NCBI GenBank assembly: GCA_050287845.1
Contig: JBNKCR010000088.1
Location: forward strand, 1-42,126
Direction: 5' to 3'
Length of the DNA stretch: 42,126 nucleotides
DNA from: Polyangia bacterium
GTDB taxonomy: Bacteria > Myxococcota_A > Polyangia > JAAYKL01
Below are positions 8,769 through 17,245 of the stretch, in pieces. The position numbers and the translations under genes were made by a program. The first letter of the stretch is position 1. The number at the start of each line of letters is the position of its first letter. A model generated the notes under the pieces. That model was not told the origin of the DNA, did no database searches, and saw only the letters and a program-made list of their open reading frames with translations.

Positions 8769-10382
8769 ATGATGATCAAATACAATCGTATATTCTGGTA
8801 CCTTCTGGGGCTGGGACTTCTGGTCTCGTCCTGTGGCACCACTGATAACGACAATGCCGAAAGTTCATCTGGAGATTCAGACACAGATACAGACACGGAC
8901 GCGGATTCAGACGCCGATTCGGATACCGACACGGACACCGACACGGACACCGACACGGATTCAGACACGGACACCGACACGGATTCAGACACGGATTCAG
9001 ACACGGACACCGACAGTGACTACACATGCGAATATGAGTGTCTGCCCCATTGCACATCCTGGGGGGGAACCCAGTATTCGGACATGACATGCCCGGAAGA
9101 AGAGAGATGCTGTGAAAACGCAACAATTCCCCGGGATACATCCGGCGATACGGACACGGACACCGACACTGACACCGACACTGACACCGACACCGACACC
9201 GATACAGACACCGACACTGACACCGACACCGATTCGGATGCGGACGGTGATGAAAACGCCGAAGATTATTTTGCATCCTGTGGCCGTCCCGAGATGCCTG
9301 ACATGAGTCAGCTGGAAAGCATCACCAAACTGCCCGATCCGTTTACATTCAAATTTGGAGACAAGGGAGAGGTGACCAGTAAAGAAGACTGGAATTGCAG
9401 ACGCGCCGAGATCAACGCTGCAGCCCAGGCATACATTTACGGCGAAAAGCCTATTCCCGACAGCGTGACGGCCAGTTATGCCCAGGGAAAACTGGACATC
9501 ACAGTGGAAGATGAAGGAAATTCCATATCCTTCAGCATTACCATCAGCGGGGGAGGCGACCCTGCCAATCCCAAACCGCTTCTGCTGAAATTCAGTGCGG
9601 GCGGCAGCCTTCCCGGAATGCCGTCCGAAGTGGCCACTGCCGCATTCCCTTCAAATGAAATTGCTCAGGATGGTAAAACGCGGACAGGCAAGTTCTTCGA
9701 TTTGTATGGCGCCAATCATCCGGCCGGTGAACTGATCGCCTGGGCATGGGGGGTCAGCCGGATTATTGACGCTCTGGAAATCACTCCGGAGGCCGGTATC
9801 GATCCGTACCGTGTGGCCATCCATGGCTGCTCCCGATACGGCAAAGGCGCGCTGGCGATTGGCGCGTTTGATCGACGTATTGCTCTCACATTGCCTGAGG
9901 AAGGCGGTTCCGGCGGCGCACCGGCATGGCGAATGATTGCTACCGATTCTGCCGCGCAACCCCTCAGCAGTGCCTGTACGGAGTGCGTATGGTTCCACAG
10001 GGATTTCTGCAGTTTTGATGGCAAGCAGGACAAGCTGCCGGTGGACATGCATGAAGTGATGGCCATGGTGGCGCCCAGAGGGCTGCTGTACCTGGATCAG
10101 CCATCAGCGGACTGGCTGGGAAAAAGCACCGGATACTGGAGTGCCAATGGAACGGTGGAAGTATTCAGAGCCCTCGGTGAAGAAGGAGCGTTCACCTACT
10201 CCCAGATGAACGGCAGTGGCCATTGCCAGACCCCCAGCGGACAGGCGGCATTCGTCGAAGCCTACGCCAACTATTACCTGCTCAATAAAGGCGAGAAACC
10301 CGCCGGCGCCGTGAATAAATCCGCAGCCGCAGAATTCAACGCCGCCACCTGGATTGACTGGGACACTCCTTCGCTGCAATAG
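8769..10382 (+). CDS. CE15 4-O-methyl-glucuronoyl methylesterase (glucuronoyl esterase) lipoprotein
   Basis: Lipobox LLVSSC; LPDPF, W..RRAEI, AWAWGVSRIIDALE, nucleophile motif GCSRYGK, EEGGSGG, LPVDMH, APRGL, GHC; GGGGAG RBS. Confidence 0.93.
   Translation: MMIKYNRIFWYLLGLGLLVSSCGTTDNDNAESSSGDSDTDTDTDADSDADSDTDTDTDTDTDTDSDTDTDTDSDTDSDTDTDSDYTCEYECLPHCTSWGGTQYSDMTCPEEERCCENATIPRDTSGDTDTDTDTDTDTDTDTDTDTDTDTDTDTDSDADGDENAEDYFASCGRPEMPDMSQLESITKLPDPFTFKFGDKGEVTSKEDWNCRRAEINAAAQAYIYGEKPIPDSVTASYAQGKLDITVEDEGNSISFSITISGGGDPANPKPLLLKFSAGGSLPGMPSEVATAAFPSNEIAQDGKTRTGKFFDLYGANHPAGELIAWAWGVSRIIDALEITPEAGIDPYRVAIHGCSRYGKGALAIGAFDRRIALTLPEEGGSGGAPAWRMIATDSAAQPLSSACTECVWFHRDFCSFDGKQDKLPVDMHEVMAMVAPRGLLYLDQPSADWLGKSTGYWSANGTVEVFRALGEEGAFTYSQMNGSGHCQTPSGQAAFVEAYANYYLLNKGEKPAGAVNKSAAAEFNAATWIDWDTPSLQ
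8874..9020 (+). repeat. Coding Asp-Thr/Asp-Ser hexamer tract 1
   Basis: GACACG/GACACC/GATTCA units encoding (DT/DS)n. Confidence 0.95.
9147..9251 (+). repeat. Coding Asp-Thr hexamer tract 2
   Basis: GACACC/GACACT units encoding (DT)n. Confidence 0.95.
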
Positions 10383-10434
10383 ATTCGGGCTATCCTTCGT
10401 TGATGGCATCTGAACGCTTTTTGTCTCCGAATTT

Positions 10435-11337
10435 TCAGACATCCTTTTTTCGCCGCATGCGGATGAACAGAAATACACCCAGCAATACTGCGACAGCGAC
10501 TCCAACCACTACAAACACAATGATATTTGAAGGCGAGGAGGGTTCCGGTTGCGGCGTAACGGTGTCAATTTCTTTTTCGGACGTTGGGGGGGCCGGGGCA
10601 TCCGAAGATGCGGCGACTTCGTTCCGGGCGACAGCAGGCGCTTCTCCGTGAGTAATACTCTCAAAGAACGCCGCCGGGGATTTCTCCTCACTCAGCAATG
10701 CAAGAAAGCTCTCCACCGAAACGCTCAGTCGCTGCCGGGTGTCATTCTGACCGGTAAAAATCAGGGTCACGTCTTTCACCCAGGGGGTATCCTCCACCAC
10801 CGTCAGAATCATCGCCACAAAAGTCTCCGCCAACGATGCCCGGTCTCCCCGGTACGCAAGCAACACCGTGGTTTCGTCGGCGGCCACTTTCACACTGTGG
10901 ACGGATGCCGAAAACACCTGCAGATCATCGGCCACCACCCGTTCGATGGGGCGGATGTCTTCCAACTTGATTTTATCGAGCCAATCCATCTGGTTCTGCG
11001 GTATGTTCCTGAGCTTGAGCAATTCTTCCCTGTACAAAGAAAATCGAAACAGTGGCACGCTGCCCTCGTAAAGTTCCAGACGAATCCGGGCCACATCAAC
11101 TGCGTTTGCCAACTCAGCCAGCTGGCCGCGAATTCCATGCAACAAGCGGCTTTCTATAAATGCGGTACGCAACTTCGCAGTGAGTTCCGGGCCATCGATT
11201 ACTATCGAGGCTTTCGTAATGTATGGAGAGCTTTCCAGAATCCGAGTGGCTTTCTTCACCGTCTCTTCTTCTGCAACAGCGGCGCCAGCCAGAAGCAGGA
11301 GCCCTGACAATGCAATTGTAAAAACGCAATACTTCAT
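10435..11337 (-). CDS. Hypothetical exported protein with C-terminal membrane anchor
   Basis: Signal peptide ending AVA; Pro-rich linker; hydrophobic helix followed by RMRRKK; AGGAGG RBS. Confidence 0.85.
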   Translation of the reverse strand: MKYCVFTIALSGLLLLAGAAVAEEETVKKATRILESSPYITKASIVIDGPELTAKLRTAFIESRLLHGIRGQLAELANAVDVARIRLELYEGSVPLFRFSLYREELLKLRNIPQNQMDWLDKIKLEDIRPIERVVADDLQVFSASVHSVKVAADETTVLLAYRGDRASLAETFVAMILTVVEDTPWVKDVTLIFTGQNDTRQRLSVSVESFLALLSEEKSPAAFFESITHGEAPAVARNEVAASSDAPAPPTSEKEIDTVTPQPEPSSPSNIIVFVVVGVAVAVLLGVFLFIRMRRKKDV

Positions 11338-11352
11338 GGATGCCTCCTGTTC

Positions 11353-12855
11353 CTAATACAGTTTGTCTTCTTTAAGATAGGACACATAGAGCGCACCTCT
11401 CAGTTTGGGAGTGGGGTATTTCGATTCTCTGTCCAGAATCTTATTGCCCAGAAATTTCAGCGGCGATGTGAACAGACTACCGCTGCTGTCTGCGAACGTC
11501 TTGTACGCGTTGTTCTCATTGCGCGCCTCTATCGCAGCCAGCGCCTCTTTGAGGGCCTGCTTTTTATTTTTGTTTTCCCCTTTTGCTTTTTCATACGTCT
11601 GTTTGAACAGCGCATATTCCTCGCCACCCGCCAGACTCATGGCTTTCTGTTTGGCTTCGCCAATTTTGTCAAGGGCGCCAGTAATCAACTTCCCGGCAGC
11701 ACCCGCCATCTTTTTGCCAATCGATGAAATGGGAGACAGATTGCTCTGAATCTCTCTGGTCTGATCCAGATCGTTGAACGCACGGGCCTGTTCCCTGGTC
11801 ACGCTCTGTTCTTCCATGGTCTGTTTGACTTTATCATCCCTGTCGTAAACAAGGTCCGACACCTTATTCTTCACCATGTCGGTAAGATGTTCCGCGCCGG
11901 GAACCACCTTGTCGAGTGCTCCCATGGCCTTGTCAACGCCTTTGTCTGCCAGCTCCACCACTTTCTTTTTCAGCTCGTAGCTGATGCCTTCGTCTTTTGC
12001 TTTCGCGTCACCCGCAGCGTTTTTCTCAGCAGTTGCTTTTTCAATTTTCAACCGCTGTGCCGCATCACGAACCGCCACAACATCGTCTTTCCGTTCGGCA
12101 AACTCCTGTAATGTCTTTTCCACTTCAGCCACCCGTTCCGGATGCTTTTTGCGAAAATCGGCCTCGGCGGTGGTATCCACGCCATCAAACGGTTCGTCGC
12201 GCAACACCTTATCCCGGGTCTTTACCGCCTCTTCCAGGGCATCATCTTCCAGTCCGAAAATCTCATCAATCATATCATCTGTGATTTCATCATCCGTTTC
12301 ATCCCCCCCGTTCTCCGTCGCAGACACATCTGAATCCCCGTCAGCGTTCTTTCCCGCCGGCGATTGTTCCCCTGCATCATCATCGACCGAAGCGCCCGTC
12401 CCCGTCCCTGCCGGTTGCGCACCAATCCTGGAAAGCGTCCACGTGCCATTGGCCAATGCGCCCATGGGGGTCTGCAGTTTCATGGTGCCCCCTGCGGTCA
12501 TCAGGTCGGCGGCAAATTCCCCCACGTAAATCATCTTCACCGCGGGGTCGAGCACCGCTGCAAACTGAATTCGCCGGTCCGTAATCTGCGCGGGAGTCGT
12601 CAGCTCATCGTCTATCTTTATCCGGTATTTTTTTCCGGCTCTCGAAATCACGAAAGTGAATTTTCCCTCAAACAATTCACGAAACTGCTTTTCGGAAAAA
12701 TCATCCCCCATCTGTTTGAGCTTACTGGTGTTCACCTCTGTAAATGCAGTACTGGCTGAATAGGTCCCTGAATACATATCATCCGAGGCGAACAGCGCAG
12801 CTGCAATCAACAGTGCGGCCCAAAGAACCGCCCCCCGAATTTTCCATTTGTGCAT
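11353..12855 (-). CDS. Hypothetical secreted protein (beta domain, acidic linker, Lys/Ala-rich helical region)
   Basis: AAGGAG RBS before MHKWK; signal peptide ending ALFA; 500-aa ORF ending 15 bp before the next gene. Confidence 0.8.
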   Translation of the reverse strand: MHKWKIRGAVLWAALLIAAALFASDDMYSGTYSASTAFTEVNTSKLKQMGDDFSEKQFRELFEGKFTFVISRAGKKYRIKIDDELTTPAQITDRRIQFAAVLDPAVKMIYVGEFAADLMTAGGTMKLQTPMGALANGTWTLSRIGAQPAGTGTGASVDDDAGEQSPAGKNADGDSDVSATENGGDETDDEITDDMIDEIFGLEDDALEEAVKTRDKVLRDEPFDGVDTTAEADFRKKHPERVAEVEKTLQEFAERKDDVVAVRDAAQRLKIEKATAEKNAAGDAKAKDEGISYELKKKVVELADKGVDKAMGALDKVVPGAEHLTDMVKNKVSDLVYDRDDKVKQTMEEQSVTREQARAFNDLDQTREIQSNLSPISSIGKKMAGAAGKLITGALDKIGEAKQKAMSLAGGEEYALFKQTYEKAKGENKNKKQALKEALAAIEARNENNAYKTFADSSGSLFTSPLKFLGNKILDRESKYPTPKLRGALYVSYLKEDKLY

Positions 12856-13370
12856 CAGCATCTCCTTTCTTTCAAGACCTGAAAGACTGCCCGCTCTCTG
12901 ATTTATAGAAAAAAAGTAAAGCACGTTTCTTCAGGGGGTCAAATGAACAGAAAGACGCACGCGCGGCAAACAGAACACCAACAGAAAAATCAGTACATCG
13001 CACTGACAGGCAAACGATAGCGGATCCAGACGATGCTGACATCTGGATGTGCATCGCGTCATCCGGCCACCCCTGTCAATTTCAATCTGAAACGGCTGTT
13101 TCCAGATAGGGGCAAAAAATTTTTCACCCCTACAACTATTTCATCGGATTCTTCGCCGATCATCATTGAGAATTTTCGGACGTAAAAGAAATGGCACACC
13201 GGGTGAGGCAAAAAGGCAACACATTCCGGTGTTGTCCGCAAATCGCGTCACTGCCCTGGGCCATCCGCAGTCTTCACGGACGCGTACAAACCGTAATAAT
13301 CCACGTGCACGGTAAAAACATTACATTAATACCATAAATGTATTCGACTATTTATTTTTTTACGATTCAA

Positions 13371-13386
13371 TGGCATGCATTTTGAT
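13371..13386 (+). promoter_or_regulatory. Possible sigma54 promoter for the protease gene
   Basis: TGGCATGCATTTTGAT (GG-N10-GA, non-consensus -12), preceded by an AT-rich stretch. Confidence 0.45.
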
Positions 13387-13697
13387 ATACACATGCAGCA
13401 AATTCAAAAGGGTCACAACATTATCGACTGCAAATAAAAATCAGCGGATGATGCGCCGATTTCTGCAGAGAAAGGAGGATGGAATGACTTTTCACTATAT
13501 TGTTCGCCATTGAAGCATAAACGAAAATACTAACTGACGAATATTGCGTCTGTCGAACTTCGAGAATCTTTATGGCAACAGGAATATGGGACAAACACTT
13601 TCTGGCCGTCATTCAATCTTTTGAGAAACGCAATAATGTTCGTTGAATCAATCAACAATAAAACAACTTACAAACAGATATTTTATTGGGAGAAAAG

Positions 13698-16600
13698 ATG
13701 AATCAGTTAAAAGTCAGTTTCTTGAATTTATCTTTCACAACGGTCATTCTGATGCCCGTTTTTCTGGCACTGGCCTGTACCCCCTCACCGGAATCGGCAA
13801 CCATGCAGACCGGCGCCAAAGACATCCGGAAAAACGCCGTAGCGCCGGCGGCAGCCGCATCCCCCCAGGCAAAGGCTTTTGCCATATCGTCTTCTGTTCG
13901 TGCGGCCATAGAAAACCTCAGCGCCGGCAAAAGCGTTGAATTCCGCAGTCAGAGCGGTCGCGTCACAAAACTCGCCGGCAATCTGGGAGTAACAGGTATA
14001 TCGCCGGCCAACGCGTTCCAGCAATTCATCGTGAAACATCGCGAGGTCCTGGATGTGCCCGAGAATCAGATTGCTCCCGGACACTGGCGCAGCACGGAAG
14101 CGGAATCAATTCCGCTGATGTACGATAAAACCTCAGGCACATATCGGTTTACACTGACACGCCATCACCAGACGAAAAATGGCATTCCAGTATTTCGCTC
14201 CCGGATTGATGTGCTCACGCTGAACAAAACCAACCAGATTGTGGAAATCGTTGCACAGACAAAAAATCTCGGCAGCTTCGTGCCTTCTCTGAACAGCAAC
14301 GCCGTAACCAGCGGCAATCTGACCGCAGCCCTGGCCACCATCAAGGCGGACAATCGTCACGAGCAGAAAGCAAAGAACGCCACAACACCAACCCTGCGCG
14401 CTTTCTCCGAACCCAGTCTCACCATCTGGGCAGGCAGTGACGGTGAAAATGCCGACCCCACTCTGGCCATCACGTTTACCGGCAGCAACGACAACCGGCA
14501 GAACCTTCCAGAAGAATTCCTGTTTGTCGCCGATGCGGCAACGGGTGAAATTCTGTACAAGGAATCGCTGATTGTCCACGAAGACATTACCGGCAATGTT
14601 ACCGCAAACGTTGTGGATGGCGTAAACCCACAGATTTGTGATCCCGTCGCTGAAGCGGCCATGGCTGGCGCGACCATTACCTCCGCATCCGGTGCATCGG
14701 TTTTTGCCGGTGCCGATGGCACTTTCACAGTACCCAATGCCGGCACCGATCCGATCCTGCTGACCAGTGCAGTCAAAGGCCGGCACTTTGCCGTATATGA
14801 CAGTTTATCGTCCCGTGACGACGTGTTGACCCAGACGGTAACCCCCCCCGGACCGGCGTCATTCCCCCACGCACAGAGTCTCTCCGAATATCTCGTGGCA
14901 CAGACCAATGGGTATCATCAATCCGTCGTCGTCCGGAACTGGTTGCTGCAGTACCATCCCAGTTATCCGGTTATCGCCAACCAGACCAACTTCCCCGTCC
15001 ACGTGAATCTGACAAGTGGCTATTGCCCCGGAAACGCGTGGTACGATGGCTCCTCGGTCAATTATTGCGCTTCGGGCAGTACCTATCCCAACACCGCATT
15101 CGGTAGCGTGGCGCATCACGAATACGGACACCACATTGTCAGCTCCGGCGGCAGCGGTCAGGACGAATACGGCGAAGGGATGGCGGACACCGTTGCCATG
15201 CTCATCGCGGATGACTCCGGGCTGGCATATGGGTTCACCGGCGATTGCGCAGTACCGTTGCGCAATGCCGACAACGACTGCCAGTACCTGGCATCCGGAT
15301 GCTCCACCTGCGGCAGCGAAGTCCATTCCTGCGGCAAGCTGCTGGCCGGCATCATGTGGGACATCCGCACCGAGCTGACCGCTACGGAACCCACATCCTA
15401 CATCGACATTCTCAGCGCATTGGCCATCAACTCCGTGCTTCTGCACAGTGGCACAGCCATTGATGCCGGCATCGCCGTGGATTTGCTGACATTGGATGAC
15501 GTGGATGGCAACATCGGCAATGGCACACCCCATCGCACAGAAATATGCAACGGTTTCGCAGCCCATGGCCTTGAGTGCCCGGCACTGGAACAGGGCCTTG
15601 CCGTGCTGCCCGAAAGCGGGTTTGAAATCCACGGTGACGCAGGTGGCCCGTTCAGCCCCGACAGCGTGACCTATACACTTGAAAACATGGGACCCGGGTC
15701 AATGATATTCGTTGCTTCCACCAATGTGGAATGGCTCGACATCTCCATGCCTTACGGATCTCTGGCCGAAGGTGAACGGACCCGTCTCGATGTCACGGTT
15801 ACCGAAGCCGCCAATGTCCTGCCGAACGGAACATACGAAGGCGAGGTGACATTTGAAAATGAAACCACTCACGCAGGTGATGTCAGTCTTCCCGTGACAC
15901 TGGTAGTGGGCGGTCCGAAACCCATTTACACGTGGACCCTGGATAGCGATCCGGGCTGGACCATGGACACGGGCTGGGAATTTGGCGCCCCCACCGGCAG
16001 CGGTACAGATCCCGGCAACGCGCCGACCGGGGTGAATATTTATGGCACCAACCTTCAGGGCAATTACAGCAACGACATGTCTGCGCATTCTCTGACCACC
16101 GGCGCCATCGATTGTTCGGCGCTCTCTCAGGTGTCCCTCCGTTACCAGCGTTGGCTGGGCGTGGAAACCCGCACCTATGACCGGGCGGAAATCAGCGTCA
16201 GCACCGATGGCATCACGTTCACACCGGTGTGGCAGAATCCGTTCTCCACTCTCAGCGAAAACAGCTGGACCCTGCAGGAAATCAATCTTTCCTCCATCGC
16301 CGATGGTGAGTCCGGTGTTTATCTGCGCTGGACGCTTGGACCAACGGACGGAAGCGTTGTCTTCGGCGGATGGAACGTGGATGACATTGAAATCTGGGGA
16401 ATTGCTGAATCCCAACCGGTGTGCTCCACAGACGAACAATGTGACGACGAACTCTACTGCAACGGCCTGGAAAGCTGCTCTGACGAAGGCATCTGCATTC
16501 CGGGCGCCCCGGTGGTCTGTGACGACGAAATCAGCTGTACCGACGATGCCTGCAACGAGTCGCTCCAGAGTTGTGAATATACTCCGGACAACAGTGTGTG

Positions 16601-17174
16601 TGACAATGGGCTTTTCTGTGACGGCGAAGAAACCTGCGAGGTGAATGCGGGATGCGTCTCCGGTACACCCCCCTGCGCCGAGCTGTGCGATGAGGACTAC
16701 CATGCCTGCATCAGTTGCTCCGATGAAATGCAGAACGGCGCGGAAACCGATATCGACTGTGGCGGCGGATACTGCGACGCCTGCGTGGATGGCTTGAGTT
16801 GCGCCGTGGATACCGACTGCCAGAGCGGCAACTGCGAAGCAGGCGTCTGTCAGACACAGAGCGGCAAAGATGCCACGGCAGAACTGCAGGTCACCACAGA
16901 CTGGGGCGCCGGATATTGCGCAGACATGACCGTGACCAACAATGGGGCAACGGCCACCACATCGTGGAAGGTCACCATCAATGTCTCCAGCGCTCAAATC
17001 TACACCCTGTGGAATGCCGGCTACACGGCCAATACCGGGGTCGTCGAGTTGACGCCAGTTGGATGGAACGACCAGATTGGCGCCGGACAGACGCAGGATT
17101 CTGTGGGCTTCTGCGTCAACCGCACTGGCAGCGAACCCGTTGCCACGGTGATTGAAACCACCGCACAGTACTGA
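13698..17174 (+). CDS. M4/M36-like zinc metalloprotease lipoprotein with Ig/BACON-like, jelly-roll, Cys-rich and C-terminal CBM2 domains
   Basis: Lipobox LALAC; propeptide Q..NGIPV; NAWYDG, HEYGH (15117-15131), GEGMAD, EVH. C-terminus DWGAGYC..VTN..W..WNA..WN..I..G..GFC is CBM2-like. GGAG RBS before ATG 13698. Confidence 0.85.
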   Translation: MNQLKVSFLNLSFTTVILMPVFLALACTPSPESATMQTGAKDIRKNAVAPAAAASPQAKAFAISSSVRAAIENLSAGKSVEFRSQSGRVTKLAGNLGVTGISPANAFQQFIVKHREVLDVPENQIAPGHWRSTEAESIPLMYDKTSGTYRFTLTRHHQTKNGIPVFRSRIDVLTLNKTNQIVEIVAQTKNLGSFVPSLNSNAVTSGNLTAALATIKADNRHEQKAKNATTPTLRAFSEPSLTIWAGSDGENADPTLAITFTGSNDNRQNLPEEFLFVADAATGEILYKESLIVHEDITGNVTANVVDGVNPQICDPVAEAAMAGATITSASGASVFAGADGTFTVPNAGTDPILLTSAVKGRHFAVYDSLSSRDDVLTQTVTPPGPASFPHAQSLSEYLVAQTNGYHQSVVVRNWLLQYHPSYPVIANQTNFPVHVNLTSGYCPGNAWYDGSSVNYCASGSTYPNTAFGSVAHHEYGHHIVSSGGSGQDEYGEGMADTVAMLIADDSGLAYGFTGDCAVPLRNADNDCQYLASGCSTCGSEVHSCGKLLAGIMWDIRTELTATEPTSYIDILSALAINSVLLHSGTAIDAGIAVDLLTLDDVDGNIGNGTPHRTEICNGFAAHGLECPALEQGLAVLPESGFEIHGDAGGPFSPDSVTYTLENMGPGSMIFVASTNVEWLDISMPYGSLAEGERTRLDVTVTEAANVLPNGTYEGEVTFENETTHAGDVSLPVTLVVGGPKPIYTWTLDSDPGWTMDTGWEFGAPTGSGTDPGNAPTGVNIYGTNLQGNYSNDMSAHSLTTGAIDCSALSQVSLRYQRWLGVETRTYDRAEISVSTDGITFTPVWQNPFSTLSENSWTLQEINLSSIADGESGVYLRWTLGPTDGSVVFGGWNVDDIEIWGIAESQPVCSTDEQCDDELYCNGLESCSDEGICIPGAPVVCDDEISCTDDACNESLQSCEYTPDNSVCDNGLFCDGEETCEVNAGCVSGTPPCAELCDEDYHACISCSDEMQNGAETDIDCGGGYCDACVDGLSCAVDTDCQSGNCEAGVCQTQSGKDATAELQVTTDWGAGYCADMTVTNNGATATTSWKVTINVSSAQIYTLWNAGYTANTGVVELTPVGWNDQIGAGQTQDSVGFCVNRTGSEPVATVIETTAQY

Positions 17175-17245
17175 TCGTATCAAGCAGTACTTCCCCCCGG
17201 GTATCATTTCCCGCCCTGTCTGACGATACCGGTCACGAATTCAGT

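Noticed and set aside
8744..9306. Antisense and alternative-frame ORFs (SVSVS, CRCRC, TRTP) and a possible CRISPR or tandem array
   Set aside because: These are shadows of the coding hexamer tracts, with no repeat-spacer structure. The same applies at 31518-31885.
15699..17207. 502-aa antisense ORF (also 39790-41106, 38656-39651, 6588-7733)
   Set aside because: Each lies opposite a well-supported gene and has no recognisable motifs; typical of codon-biased shadows.
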